A stretch of 64,000 bases of DNA. Source: Haliotis rubra. Taxonomy: Eukaryota. A model generated the notes under the pieces. It saw nothing but the letters and a program-made list of their open reading frames with translations. It did no database searches and was not told the origin of the DNA. Shown here one piece after another: positions 22,436 through 34,409 of this stretch. Location: the NCBI RefSeq assembly GCF_003918875.1, contig NW_025767357.1:1798001-1862000 (forward strand). The letters run 5' to 3'. A program made the translations under genes and the position numbers. Numbering within the stretch: the stretch's first letter is position 1; every line of letters starts with the position of its first letter.

Positions 22436-23389
22436 GTTGTGTGAACGTTGAATGAACTAATGGTGTATGTCCCAGGCGATAGCACTTCTATGATTAAAAC
22501 GTTGGGTGGTTCCATTCACCAGGGAGAATAGATTGAGCTTGATTTCCTATTAGAAGATGACATTCGTCAGTATTCCATCAAAACTACATCCTGGGAAAGT
22601 TGACATTGATTATTGAAGTTCGTTAATGCCCTTACATCAGCTGCAGCAAGATTAACAATAGTAATTATTACCCCTATTAACCCCCCTTCCCCGGAAATAG
22701 TGGACTTGTCCTCTCACAATTTGCCCAGCCTAAGGAAGCGTGAAATATAATGTGGGATGCATTATCGTTAGCCAAAGCCATTTATTCACGCTCAAAAGTA
22801 TCGGTGTTTGCGTGATTCAGATTGTTTGCTTAGTAAAATACCAAATGCTGAATCATTCTTGTCTGACGTCAAATTATTGTCTATGAATGTACTTTTCCCA
22901 TCAACGAGACACAGAGCGAAAGGTTAAAATCATTATGTCAATACTACACTTGAACGACTATCGTGTAAATTGTACAGTATTGTTATGCGCCTACTTGCAA
23001 ACTGAAACTATTAAACTATTACACCAAAACGCAAAAGAATTCATTGTGACACCATCAAGTACTGAAATTGTTATACAAATAACAGATGTTATTTTCTATT
23101 AGGTAAGTTGAAAAGCAATAACAAATCACTACAAGGCAATTTCAAAGGCAGTACTAAATAGAGTGACAGTGCAAAATAGTCAGTGGTAATTGCTGTCGGT
23201 GATGATAATATTAAAAGTGGTCAAAGCAACAATGGTGAAAGCTTCCCAAAACGGACTCCTACTGGCTATAATCAGGATCATCAAACAACATCTTGTCTTT
23301 GCGTAATGTGAGGAGTCATTGAGGAACCTTTCCTCATTCTCAACAAAAACAATGTCTTACAACATTGCAAATAAAATACACTGTCATAA

Positions 23390-24015
23390 TATGTTGAGTT
23401 ATGCGTGTGATTAAAAGAATACAAACCAAGACCCTTGCGAATGACACCTTGTGGAATGGCAGCCTATTCTTCCTGAATATCTTGTAGTAATTGCCATAAA
23501 GCCTGTAGTCTTGGGTGACGAAGAGCAAGTGGCAGCTGATGTTTATGTTCTCAGTTCCAAGGGACATCAATAATGTGTGCGGACACATATATTGTCGCTT
23601 GATGCTGGAAACCCAGGACCAGCTGATGACACACACCTGTTAGGATTCCCTGGATATGTACAAACTAGTTCTTAGCCTATAACGCTCATACCATTGCCGA
23701 CAAAGGAACATTCACCCATTACCCATTTGAAGAAAAAAAATGTTAGCATCATTGAACAAAGCGTTACGGCAACGGTGGAGAAACCACTGATGACGTTAGC
23801 AAAATAAATGCAAAAAGTCGATTAGTTTAAGAAAACGCAGGATCTTATTGCTCGGCTTCTGTCAACGAAAATGGCTATGGATGAACAATAGGGTCACAGG
23901 TTAGGATTTTGTGTTGCAGTGAACGTTGCAGTGAGTGTCATTTTTCTAAGGTGAAAGACCTGCATGTCGCGATCATGTTCTTCTGTTGTGAGGGCAGATT
24001 CCTTGTGTTTCAATG
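23390..24015 (-). mobile_element. Ancient Tc1-like relic (older paralogue of 13.4 and 19.0 kb)
   Basis: RHPRLQALWQLLQDIQEE*AAIPQGVIR resembles the Tc1 C-terminal LQEEWxxIPQ motif. Aligns with 19420-19760. Confidence 0.6.
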
Positions 24016-24426
24016 CATTTGTAAATGCTTCGATGTTCTTACGTTTCAGTTGCAAATCGTTTCATAATGACAGTATAAGCCCGGTAGTGAATTATATACT
24101 AGGAAACCATTTGTGCTAGAATAGTTCTTGATCTTGAGCCATTTCATGCATACAACTATTTTCAGTGGTGCATTAGACACATCCTGAAAAATCATCTATC
24201 AGTGATTACACAAACCATTCACAAACCAATTGGAACACTGAATTGTAACAGAGTCTGAACCACTTGACATTGTTAATGGTGAATGTGGTGTTTTAATCTT
24301 GGTTCTGCATTGTGGTCGCACTGCAAAACTGTTGCAATGCTTGATTGTCTACTATTCTAACAGCATGTGAACTGAACCCAGTTTCCACTGTGACAACTGG
24401 GGATGAACAGCCATAAAACTCACTGA

Positions 24427-24570
24427 GGGGTGATGGGGTAGCTTAGATGTAAAAGCGTTGGCTCGTCACGCCGAAAACCCGGGTTCGATTGGGTACAATG
24501 TGTGAAGCCCATTTCTGGTGTCCCCCGACGTTATATTGCTGGAATGCTGCTAAACTCACTCACTCACTCA
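24427..24570 (+). mobile_element. SINE family A
   Basis: Head, GGGTTCGATT, body and (ACTC)n tail. Confidence 0.88.
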
Positions 24571-26169
24571 TTGACACTGCCATATTCCTAGCAATTGTCA
24601 CCGAAATGACAACTGACACAGAGAACAGCTCAGCAATGTCACCCTTAAAATTTGTATGAAATACCTTGTCATCAAACGCTACCTCTTTTGACTCGATGCG
24701 AGTCCTTTTTGATAAACATGATTCCGTTTGGTTCTTGGACATTGGTTCTTGATCCTCAGAGTGTGCAGTCGTCTAAGGTGGAGCATTTCACTTTGAGTGA
24801 AACCATCCACTATCCCCATTGTCAGAATCCACAGACTGTGGCTCCTTATTCTTGATTCTCTCTTGTAGTAAGCAATATTCCTGTACAAACGTGTTTTGTC
24901 TTCTATGTCAAATATGACCTATTTTTACCAAATCAGTAAAATAGATCCATCACTCGCATTCGTTCTTCTACATCAAGATGAAACAAATCAGTGAATACCC
25001 ATGTTCATTAATCCGATGGAATCGCTTTTCTAATTGTCCACACTTTTAATCCAAGTATTGATTATCTTAATGATTTTGTAGCTGTTGGACTATATCCATC
25101 CTTTGTTGCCTTCACCACTTAGCTTCATGTTTATTCTGTAGATTGACAGTGCAGGACATCGACTGATTTGGCCTCGGTTAGTGTCCTTTCATCTCTCCTC
25201 GTTTGGTGACTCATACTCAAGTAAGCTTATGTTGTTGTGCATTGTCCGATGTCCTTAGATATGTCTGTCATTACCAAACACCCCCTCAAACTGAAACTTT
25301 GTATTGTGTCATTGAAAAATTATCACTAATTTCCAAAATCTAGAAATGTTGCTCATTACTAGGTATTTATTATGCATATAATATGTTGTTTACCATATTC
25401 TAATTGTGATCTAATCTAACTCTGACACCAAAACACTACTGTTTGTATGGTATTGCATTTTTGAATGAAAGTACAAGGCCTCTGATGCTGAAACGTTCCA
25501 TTGATAATGCCAGTTATCTTAATTAAGACTCCAAACAGAAATCCGTATCGTATTATACGCGGATTACTATGCCATTCCGCATGCATCATTATTTTATTTG
25601 ATGTGCAGGGATCATGTACCATTGTATTGGCATATTTTCAAATTGATCAGTCAACAAGCTTTGACCAGTTGTAAGTTTCGTAGTTCTGTCATCTCCGAAA
25701 CTACAAGGCCCATAATAAACCTCCTCTTAAAGTGTCTGTTTATAGTCTTCGAAGAATCTTTATCTGAATTAAATCATTGCTCTTTCATAGTGAAGGAGAG
25801 CTTGTATATTTGGAATGATAATGTATGAATTGGTTCAGTCGACGTCACAGGACATCTGATTCTCTGCAAAGAACAATTTGTCTGTCCGAACTGAGATGCG
25901 TCTGTATACACAACAGTAAAATCATTTAAAAGCAGAAATACAGTCGGTGTGAGATGAGCGCAAAAGTGTTTTCAGTTCACACATGCAGCACTACGTGACA
26001 GTTATCCTTACAATCTAAATGATGTTATTGATCACACCGCCTGTATATTGACATTGATCTCAGCTGGTCGTAGTTAAATGTGGTAATCTGGGCAGCGTTA
26101 TTCTCCATGTTACGTTTCTATTACTGACGTTTCTGATTTCACCCTACTTTTGTAATGTAAAACGGACAC

Positions 26170-26195
26170 TTTTTAATGACTATTTTTCTTTACAG
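26170..26195 (+). other. Putative 3' splice acceptor of a 5' UTR intron for group B copy 1
   Basis: TTTTTAATGACTATTTTTCTTTACAG|AATT. Comparable acceptors precede the other group B genes (CCTTAG|ATG at 33154; TTTATTTTGACAG at 51904). Confidence 0.55.
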
Positions 26196-26388
26196 AATTC
26201 AGGTGTGGTGACTTTCAGAAGGCAGTGTATAACACCCACCATATATTCATCATTAGTCAGGGCATCTGCTGGATGGTAGAAGATCCAAGAGGGTTTCACA
26301 CGAGCTTCCCAACTGTATCCAACCTGTCCCAAACAGGAAAAGAAGACACTCTAATCAGATATAAGGATCTTTGATCACCAAGGTGACA

Positions 26389-27591
26389 ATGTCTAATCTA
26401 TATTTTGTTCTAGCAGCATGCATCTCGATTTGTGGTACGAGCGGTCGACAATCAGGAACTGATCAAGGTCCTCTGTACACCTTGTATAATGACCTACTGG
26501 AACACTACAAACCGTATATCAGGCCCAGGAAGAATCCTAACGATACCGTGGAGGTAGTAGTTTCTTATAGCATTGTATCAGTGGAGGCCTTGGACGAAAC
26601 CACACAGACAGTAGCTTCATCTGCAGTCATCCAATTTGAATGGAAAGATGACCTGATGACCTGGAACTCAAGTGACTATGGTGGTGTACAATTTATAAAT
26701 ATACCTGTGGAGAAACTGTGGTTTCCGGACTTGAGTTTGACAAATGGATTAGAAGACTTATCTTTGATTCTTCCCAGCGGAGAAATAGCAAGGGTGAACG
26801 ATGATGGATTGATCCAGTGGTACCATGGGATGAAGAAATGTACCAAGTGCTCTCTAGACATGACCAAATTTCCATTTGACACCCAAACATGCAGTATCAA
26901 TCTCATTCAGTGGGTTACTGTAATTTCCCAAGTCAATTTGACAGCAGGTGGGGTTCACATTGAATCGTCAATGTTTCAACAAAACGGAGAATGGGAAATA
27001 TTGGACAAATCAAAAGAGGTTATTGTTCATACATATACTGAGGTTTACATCCAGACGGAGCTGGTTTTCACATTCGTCTTCAAACGGAAATACCTGTATT
27101 ATATCATCACCAACATCCTTCCCGGCATGCTTCTCTCCGTCCTTAACCTTGGTGTGTTTCTACTTCCGCCTGAATCAGGGGAGAAGGTATCGCTATGTAT
27201 TTCCATAGTGCTGTCCTATGCAGTGTTCTTGTCTGTCATTGGAGGGAGTCTACCGGAAGTGTCAGACACTGTCAGCATCTTCAGTGTCTACCTCTTGACA
27301 ATGATGTTCCTCAAAGTCGCAACAACTTTGATAACAGTCTTCGTTTTGCAAGTTTACCATCAGACCACCGAAGAAGCAGATTCCCTCTCAAACCGCCTCA
27401 TGCAAAGACAAATACAAGACATCTCTAAATCAGATTATGAACAAGAGAGTACACTAGTAAAACAGCAGACGCCTTTGAAGAAGACAGGGAAACAACTCGC
27501 AAGATATTTAAACAAGATTGGTTTCACGATAGTATTTTTGCTCACAGTCATGATCACCATTCTGTGTTTTGCACTGTTGTTGAAAGAATAG
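26389..27591 (+). CDS. Atypical nAChR-like subunit, group B copy 1 (400 aa from ATG MSNLY)
   Basis: Signal peptide, YKPYIRP, WFPDL, Cys-loop CSLDMTKFPFDTQTC, NGEWEI, SGEKVSLCISIVLSYAVFL M2, four TMs. No vicinal Cys in loop C. The ORF-track TTG start is replaced by the first ATG. Confidence 0.95.
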   Translation: MSNLYFVLAACISICGTSGRQSGTDQGPLYTLYNDLLEHYKPYIRPRKNPNDTVEVVVSYSIVSVEALDETTQTVASSAVIQFEWKDDLMTWNSSDYGGVQFINIPVEKLWFPDLSLTNGLEDLSLILPSGEIARVNDDGLIQWYHGMKKCTKCSLDMTKFPFDTQTCSINLIQWVTVISQVNLTAGGVHIESSMFQQNGEWEILDKSKEVIVHTYTEVYIQTELVFTFVFKRKYLYYIITNILPGMLLSVLNLGVFLLPPESGEKVSLCISIVLSYAVFLSVIGGSLPEVSDTVSIFSVYLLTMMFLKVATTLITVFVLQVYHQTTEEADSLSNRLMQRQIQDISKSDYEQESTLVKQQTPLKKTGKQLARYLNKIGFTIVFLLTVMITILCFALLLKE

Positions 27592-29301
27592 TTAAATTGC
27601 CAAGTGAAGATTGTCAATGTAATGGACAAGCACTGTTTTGTTGTCCGTAATATATCTTGGCGGGAGTTATTTCCCTTGTTATTTTCAAGACCAATGCTCC
27701 CAGTCAAAATTTTGTCAATGTCGTATTAAGATCTGAAGCGAAGACCAAGTATGACTACAGAAATACAAGAAATGGTGTCGACTTCAAGGATTGACTTGTT
27801 ACTGAACCAAGAGGCCCCCAGCCAGTACAATTTGACAAAGAACACAATTATTCACCCACTGTCGATCAGTGGATATAAACGTAAAACTTGTTTTATGTGG
27901 TTGATGTTTTCCTTAAAATGAGAAAATGTGACCTTACGTGAAATGTGACCTCAGTGAACATGTGACCTCAAGTGAAATTTGACCACGGAAGCTAAATGCC
28001 TCTCAAATATAGTTCGAGATCTGTAGCCAAGATTTATGATTTCGTTACCTAAATCAAAGAGGAGTGATCACCATTGTGACATCAAATCTGCAGGAATAAA
28101 CAGAGCATGATGTATACGAAGATTTGTTGGATCGGTTGTATGACAGATAACGCTGAAGAGGATGTAGCACACTCTGACGGTGAGAGCTACAAGTGTTTAG
28201 CAGCATGACAACGTTATTCTATATAACGTGACGGAGGAAACAAGGGAGATTACTCTGATTGAAAGGTCAAGGTACCAGATATGTGAACATCAGTGTACAG
28301 ATCAAGACATGGGCCAGTCATGATGTCACCCGTGTACATCGACTCGGCTCTCGTCATGTTTAATAATTTAACCAATAAGCCTCATCGCTATGTCATGAGA
28401 AAAACGTTTACAGTTTCAAGCGTCTTAACTATTGGCTTAAAGCCGTGAAGCTGATTGAATATTTCAAGAAAAGAGTCAGGAACACTCAATTACATCTATC
28501 TGGTGACATGATCGAAGTATGGAACATTCAGTGACTTAACTAACTGCCTAAAGCCTCGAAAGGAACAGAACTGATTGGATACTTCTAGAATGGAAAGCAG
28601 TTAACTAAACCACGTGATCAACAGGAGAATTACTTCAATGGATATACAACTTCTTTATTACTTTCTATTGGACGTTTCGTTGTGGGCACTAACCGTCAAA
28701 AAGCAAGTGGTGTCACGGCTAGTATCTTTCCGCATGGAATGGTAATGACTCGAACGTTGGAAGAGATGAAGAGTTGTCCTGGAACATTTATGGCCAACGT
28801 TAAATGTTTGATGATTGTGATTCTGTTGCTTACTTTCAATCTATTAATAGTGTATATGTACTTTGGACATTTTCATCACATATCGAGGACTTGAACTGGC
28901 TACCTTGATATCAAAAATACTTTGAACCATTTCCAGGAATGATGTTCTGGTGGCGTGTTTGTTAGCTGTAGACAAGATGGTGTGAGCAGAGCGTCCATCT
29001 TGTAGACTTGTCATTCACGTATTATATGCTACTAAAAAAATAGGGGATATTTAATAAAAGGCTGCCACAACTATTGATATTTTATATCTTTAATGAGATA
29101 AATAGTTTAACATCAAATCGTTGAACATCAGTAGAGAGTGGTCGATGGTTGTCTACGCTGACGTACTACCAATCCACGGATACCCCATGTTTAGTGGGCA
29201 GGTGACCAGATGGTGGACACACGAACACGTGCAGACACCTAGTTGCGGGTATAGTAATGTGCAGGGTTTCATGTATTCCCTACAATTTCCAGGGATTCAT
29301 C

Positions 29302-29600
29302 TGTTACAAGGGAATGTGTGAAACCAGGGATTTCACGTAATCCCTGAAAGAGTCAGTGATTTCATGAAATCCCTGTGACCCCAGGGATTTCATGTATTCC
29401 CTAAAATTTCCAACCAAATTTATAATGCAGAGTATTTCCTGATAAAATTAATTTGTTAGGACAAGATAGAGTGTTATCATACAAGCTATTACACTTCAGC
29501 AGGACTTTAAAACATTTACAACGTATTGATTTACACTGGTTAAGACAACAGTTACATTTCTGGAAACCCTGACCACCACAATTCGACTCGAAAATCACGA
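29302..29600 (-). mobile_element. Ginger/TDD-like (integrase-type) DNA transposon 3' end
   Basis: GGQGFQKCNCCLNQCKSIRCKCFKVLLKCNS...SCPNK is the Cys-rich C-terminus of KRBA2-like integrases; TGTTAC terminus with subterminal AGGGATTTCAYGWAWTCCCT repeats. Confidence 0.65.
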
Positions 29601-30625
29601 AATATATGGTTTGAAAAATACCTTTTCCTTCCCAAACCCATATCCCAAAGTTCTTCTTCAACAGCGGGATGATGTATATTCCAAGTTATTTCTATGAATG
29701 GTCTAGTACTTGCGCCACTCTGTGGTGATTGCTTTGGACGTTTTGTTTATTTCCTGCGTTGTCTTTGCTTTTTATTAAGGGGGAATTTACGATGTTAGAG
29801 CTAGCCAGTAGGTTTTTTTCAGGGGAAAAACATCATTAAAAAAAATACAAATTAAACTAGCCGAAGATTGAACCTAGTTTCTGCTGAATTCTGCCAGAAA
29901 TTAAAACAGGAAAAATATTTGCCAGAAATGTCTGCAGAACAATTGTTTTGCCAGATATTTTTGCAGAAATTCACTTTCAGATCCAATTTGGGAGCTTATG
30001 AACTCGTGAACACTCTAGCACCTTAATTTTTTTTATTTATTTCCTCGAAACCTTCCAGTAACATAAACATTTCTTTGTAGCTTGCTTTCTTCTGTGTGTC
30101 AAGTTGCTGGCCATAATTTAACACATTTTGCTCGTGAACGTGATAATAAGAATTGTAAATGGTTACTGTAGTTTTATCGGGACAAAAACAAGACCCGCCT
30201 CTTATCGAGAGGATTCACACAAATATAACTTCTGCATTCATACTTGAACAATGAGCTTAATGCACGTTAAGTGACATGTAATTATTATACTATTAGGTAT
30301 ATAAAAATATACCGACTCCTTTGGACGATTCTACCAATAATAATGTTACACGGATCCGTAGAACCAACCATGCTGGTCACAGTATTAGACAGATTCTACA
30401 CCACCCAATCATGGAGCAATAATTACTTTGAACAAACGAAAAATGATTATTTAGAGCTGCGTTTCCTGTTAAAGCATTATGTATGAAACATACAACATTT
30501 GTGTTATCGTTACACTTTTTCATACTTTTGTTTTGAATTTCAAAATGGTGTACATGTGATTGTGTACATGAGTATCAACGATTGCTTCCTCTTTTCGCGA
30601 ACACCTGGTGTCATCAGTGTAACTC

Positions 30626-31090
30626 TAATAATAATAATAATAATAGCATATTTGTTACGCGCATATATCCATGCTCAAGCATGCTCAAAGCGCACAAGAT
30701 AAAGATGAGATTAATTGTAAAGAGCTACAGTTCAAAGGCTATCTTGAACATGTGTGTTTTTAGATTGGATCTAAAAGAATTTTAAGTCACAACAGTCTCT
30801 GAGGCTCTGCGGGAGACTGTTCCAGGCTATAGATCCTGCATGGACAAAGGACCTCTTTCCATACATCACTGTCTTTACTTTGGGAACAACAAGCAAGTTC
30901 TTTTCCTGTGAACGGAGAGATCGGGAAGGCGTGTACACGGTTAGAAGATTGGATAGATAAGAAGGTGCAGTTCCAGCGAGACAGCGGAAAACAAGGCATA
31001 AGAGTTTAAACTGGATCCTGAACTCGACTGGAAGCCAGTGGAGAGTGTACAGTATAGGAGTGATGTGTTCATATTTTCCAGAGCGAGTCC
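30626..31090 (-). mobile_element. L2/CR1-group LINE 3' fragment
   Basis: HITPILYTLHWLPVEFRIQFK..YTPSRSLRS..GKRSF..WNSLP followed by a 3' UTR and (TTA)n tail. Confidence 0.9.
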
Positions 31091-32154
31091 AGTCCAAATG
31101 CTTATAACCCACTACCGTTATAACTAAATATAGTTGTAACCGAAGTTCACTGTACGTGTTAGCGCTTTGAACATGCACACGTGTGTGTAAACAGGCGCTT
31201 TATTAATGGCCATTATCATGTATGTTACCACGAACTAAACACACGGTAATCACACATGCAGTGTACACCATCAACCTAGGCAAAATGTCCTCATAAGTAT
31301 TGACAATATACAGCCAAGGACGAACAGACTTTTACGCTATGTATCGAATTTGTACATCCATTTAGATGACAATATCTTGTGTTTGCATTTATGTGTTATA
31401 AGAGTAAAATATACTACTCACACTTTTCTAAGGATCGCAAAAAATTCCCAACTTTACTTAAACATTGATTTATAATTTGAAATTGTATCCATTTAAAACT
31501 GGATAAATTATAATATAGTAACCCTTCTTTAGGCAAACAACCACTTTAATCTAACCTTATGCACTTGATACATGAGTAACCATAAAAATGTTTTTCATGG
31601 CACCAATCAACCATTTTGCAAATCATGGAACGCGTCATTTACGAGTACACAACACCTGTCAATAGCAGGTATGGGATCCACAAGATGCAGTGACATACTG
31701 AAACCTAGAATCCATGCTTACAATAAGCTTAGATATTTAAACCAAATTAGACCCCACATCATAGTTTTCTGTTGAATCAATGATTTGATTCTAATCAAAG
31801 TGTGAATAGTATACATAAAGATCGGTAGCTTTACAATATTCAGAAAATACCCATCAGAATTGATGTTTCCATGTGTTGTCATTATCAGTGTATACACATT
31901 TGTAAAATGAGGCACAAAACTGATAAAGGTCAGGTCTATAAAATATCTCTCAACTAGATGGTTTCATTGTCCAGAGACTCAAAGGCCCGCTGTTGTGGCT
32001 TTTAATTGTCTCTTTGATGTTATAATGGTACTCACGAACCTGCATATTGTGATGATTGAATTTCAGAATCAAAGAGACCCAACATGGCGTGAAGCTTTGC
32101 GGTCTTAATTCATGGGGTCCATTTGTGAGATGTTATAGTGGGGGCATCACAGGG

Positions 32155-32500
32155 GGCGGCATGGTAAAATGCTATATTGTCAGAATCCCTGTGCCGACAT
32201 GGTGGGGTGCTATCTTGTCAGAATCCCTGGGCCAACATGGTGGGATGCTATCTTGTCAGAATCTCTGGGCCAACATGGTGGGATGCTATCTTGTCAGAAT
32301 CTCTGGGCCAACATGGTGGGATGCTATCTTGTCAGAATCTCTGGGCCAACATGGCGGGATACTGTATTGTCAGAATCCCTGGGGCCGACATGGCAGGATG
32401 CTTTATTGTCAAAATCCCTGGGACCGACATTGTGGGATGCTAACTTGTCAAAATCTCAGGGCCCTGCATGGTGGAACGCTATATTGTTTTGGAATATCCA
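32155..32500. repeat. Minisatellite, ~38-bp unit, 8-9 copies
   Basis: GGTGGGATGCTATCTTGTCAGAATCTCTGGGCCAACAT repeated. Confidence 0.92.
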
Positions 32501-33154
32501 GGGACCACAGGTTGTCGAGTTGTATTGTTCGTGATCGCATCGAATCCTGTGATGTATACCATGACTTTACAGAAAACTTCATAATAGTCACCATAGTAAC
32601 AGGATGTAATTTATATAATCTTCCATTCAGAAACTGAATCGCGTTTATCGGGGCATCACGCCAGTGTAAACATTCACGAAGGAGACTTCCAATATTTGAG
32701 TAATCACAGTGCATGATTTACATCTGCACATTATTGCCTTTCAGATAAGCTACCGGAAAACACAGATACCTAGACCCAATCGATTAACATTAGAGACACC
32801 AACACCGTCCTGTAAATAGTGTGTATAATGGATATTGATATTTGATTCATTGCTGTGTGACAAAATGAAGCCTATGTACAGCTATGTACATGGAGACTGA
32901 TTCTTCACATATCTCCTGACTTCGACTGTCCTGCTAAAGAGCTTTTAGCTTTCAGTGATCACCAACACTGTTGTCCTACTTTCAAATGTTTGAGATAGAT
33001 GATGATGATGATACCTAGATACCAACATTTCTCCTGGTCAAACGCTGACAATTACCAGTGTGATATGACGCTGCTTTAAAGTCGATGTGCACGTTTGTTT
33101 CCCCGATCTCTGCTTGCGTTGATTAATCTCTGATTAACACTGTGTGATCCTTAG

Positions 33155-34327
33155 ATGCTTAAGATGTACCTAGAATTCATCCTCTGTCTGTGTCTGTGTG
33201 ATACATTTTGTCTTCAGTCTGGTTCTGATCAGGGTCCTCTGTACAGCTTGTATAACGACCTTCTGGAGCACTACAAGCCGTATATCAGACCCAGGAAGAA
33301 TCCTAATGAGACAGTAGAGGTTGTGGTTTCCTACACCATGACATCAGTGGAAGCCTTGGAGGAAACTACCCAAACAGTTGATTCATCTGGATTCTTAACA
33401 CTTCAGTGGACAGATGAGCTGATGACCTGGAACTCAAATGAGTATGGTGGTGTAAATTATATAAACATACACGTGGAGAAACTGTGGATCCCGGACTTGA
33501 GTTTGACAAATGGATTCGGCGGCCTCTCTTTGATATTACCCATCGGGGAAAAGGCAAGGGTATGGAGCAATGGAAGTGTAACGTGGTTTAGAGATATGAA
33601 CAAACATACAAAATGTTCTTTAGACATGCGACATTTTCCTTTTGACACCCAGACATGCAGTATCAATCTCATTCAGTGGGTCACTGACATAAGACAAGTC
33701 AATATGACTGCAGGTCTGGTTGAAATTGAACCGTCAATGTTTAAAAGAAATGGAGAATGGGAAATAACTGGAAAATCCAAGGACACCTTTATTCATACAT
33801 ATAGTGAGTATATGGTTCAGACGGAGATTGTGTTCACGTTCGTCTTCAAGCGGAAGTATCTGTACTACATCATCACCAACATCCTTCCCGTCATGCTTCT
33901 CTCCGTCCTTAACCTTGGTGTGTTTCTACTTCCGCCTGAATCTGGGGAGAAGGTATCGCTGTGTATATCCATAGTGCTGTCCTACGCAGTGTTCCTGTCC
34001 GTCATTGGAGGAAGTCTACCAGAGGTGTCAGATACCGTCAGCATCTTCAGTATCTACCTCCTCGCAATGATGTTTGTCAAAGTAGCTACAACTTTGCTGA
34101 CGGTTTTAGTGTTGAATACTTACCATGGAGATTCGGAAGAACAGTGTTCCCCGCCAGAACCAAATAACCAATACGATGATACTCTTTCCAATAGGTTAGA
34201 GAGGAGAATATTGAAGAAGGGGAACAAAGAGCTGGCAAAACGTTTAAACAAAATCGGTTTCGTCGTTATATTCTCCTTGACAGTTTCTGTTTCCATTGTG
34301 TGCTTTGTCCTACTATTTACACAGTAG
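33155..34327 (+). CDS. Atypical nAChR-like subunit, group B copy 2 (390 aa)
   Basis: Signal peptide, Cys-loop CSLDMRHFPFDTQTC, GEK-M2, four TMs, very short M3-M4 loop, intact single-exon ORF. Confidence 0.95.
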   Translation: MLKMYLEFILCLCLCDTFCLQSGSDQGPLYSLYNDLLEHYKPYIRPRKNPNETVEVVVSYTMTSVEALEETTQTVDSSGFLTLQWTDELMTWNSNEYGGVNYINIHVEKLWIPDLSLTNGFGGLSLILPIGEKARVWSNGSVTWFRDMNKHTKCSLDMRHFPFDTQTCSINLIQWVTDIRQVNMTAGLVEIEPSMFKRNGEWEITGKSKDTFIHTYSEYMVQTEIVFTFVFKRKYLYYIITNILPVMLLSVLNLGVFLLPPESGEKVSLCISIVLSYAVFLSVIGGSLPEVSDTVSIFSIYLLAMMFVKVATTLLTVLVLNTYHGDSEEQCSPPEPNNQYDDTLSNRLERRILKKGNKELAKRLNKIGFVVIFSLTVSVSIVCFVLLFTQ

Positions 34328-34409
34328 GTATTTAAGGTTATTATTGGTTATATAGAGAACATCACCTCGTGCCATTTGAAATCAAATATTTCAAGGTGAA
34401 TCATTAATA

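Noticed and set aside
24580-25830. Possible decayed coding element between the divergent A and B genes
   Set aside because: Short ORF fragments with no motif I can identify; left unannotated.
26371-26388. TTG and GTG starts proposed by the ORF track (26371, 51914)
   Set aside because: Eukaryotic genes; the first in-frame ATG directly precedes the signal peptide.
28076-28330. Possible solo LTR bounded by GTGACATCA/TGATGTCAC
   Set aside because: Only a 9-bp inverted repeat, no TSD and no second copy in the window.
32056-32637. 193-aa and overlapping repetitive ORFs
   Set aside because: Translation of the 38-bp minisatellite in rotating frames.
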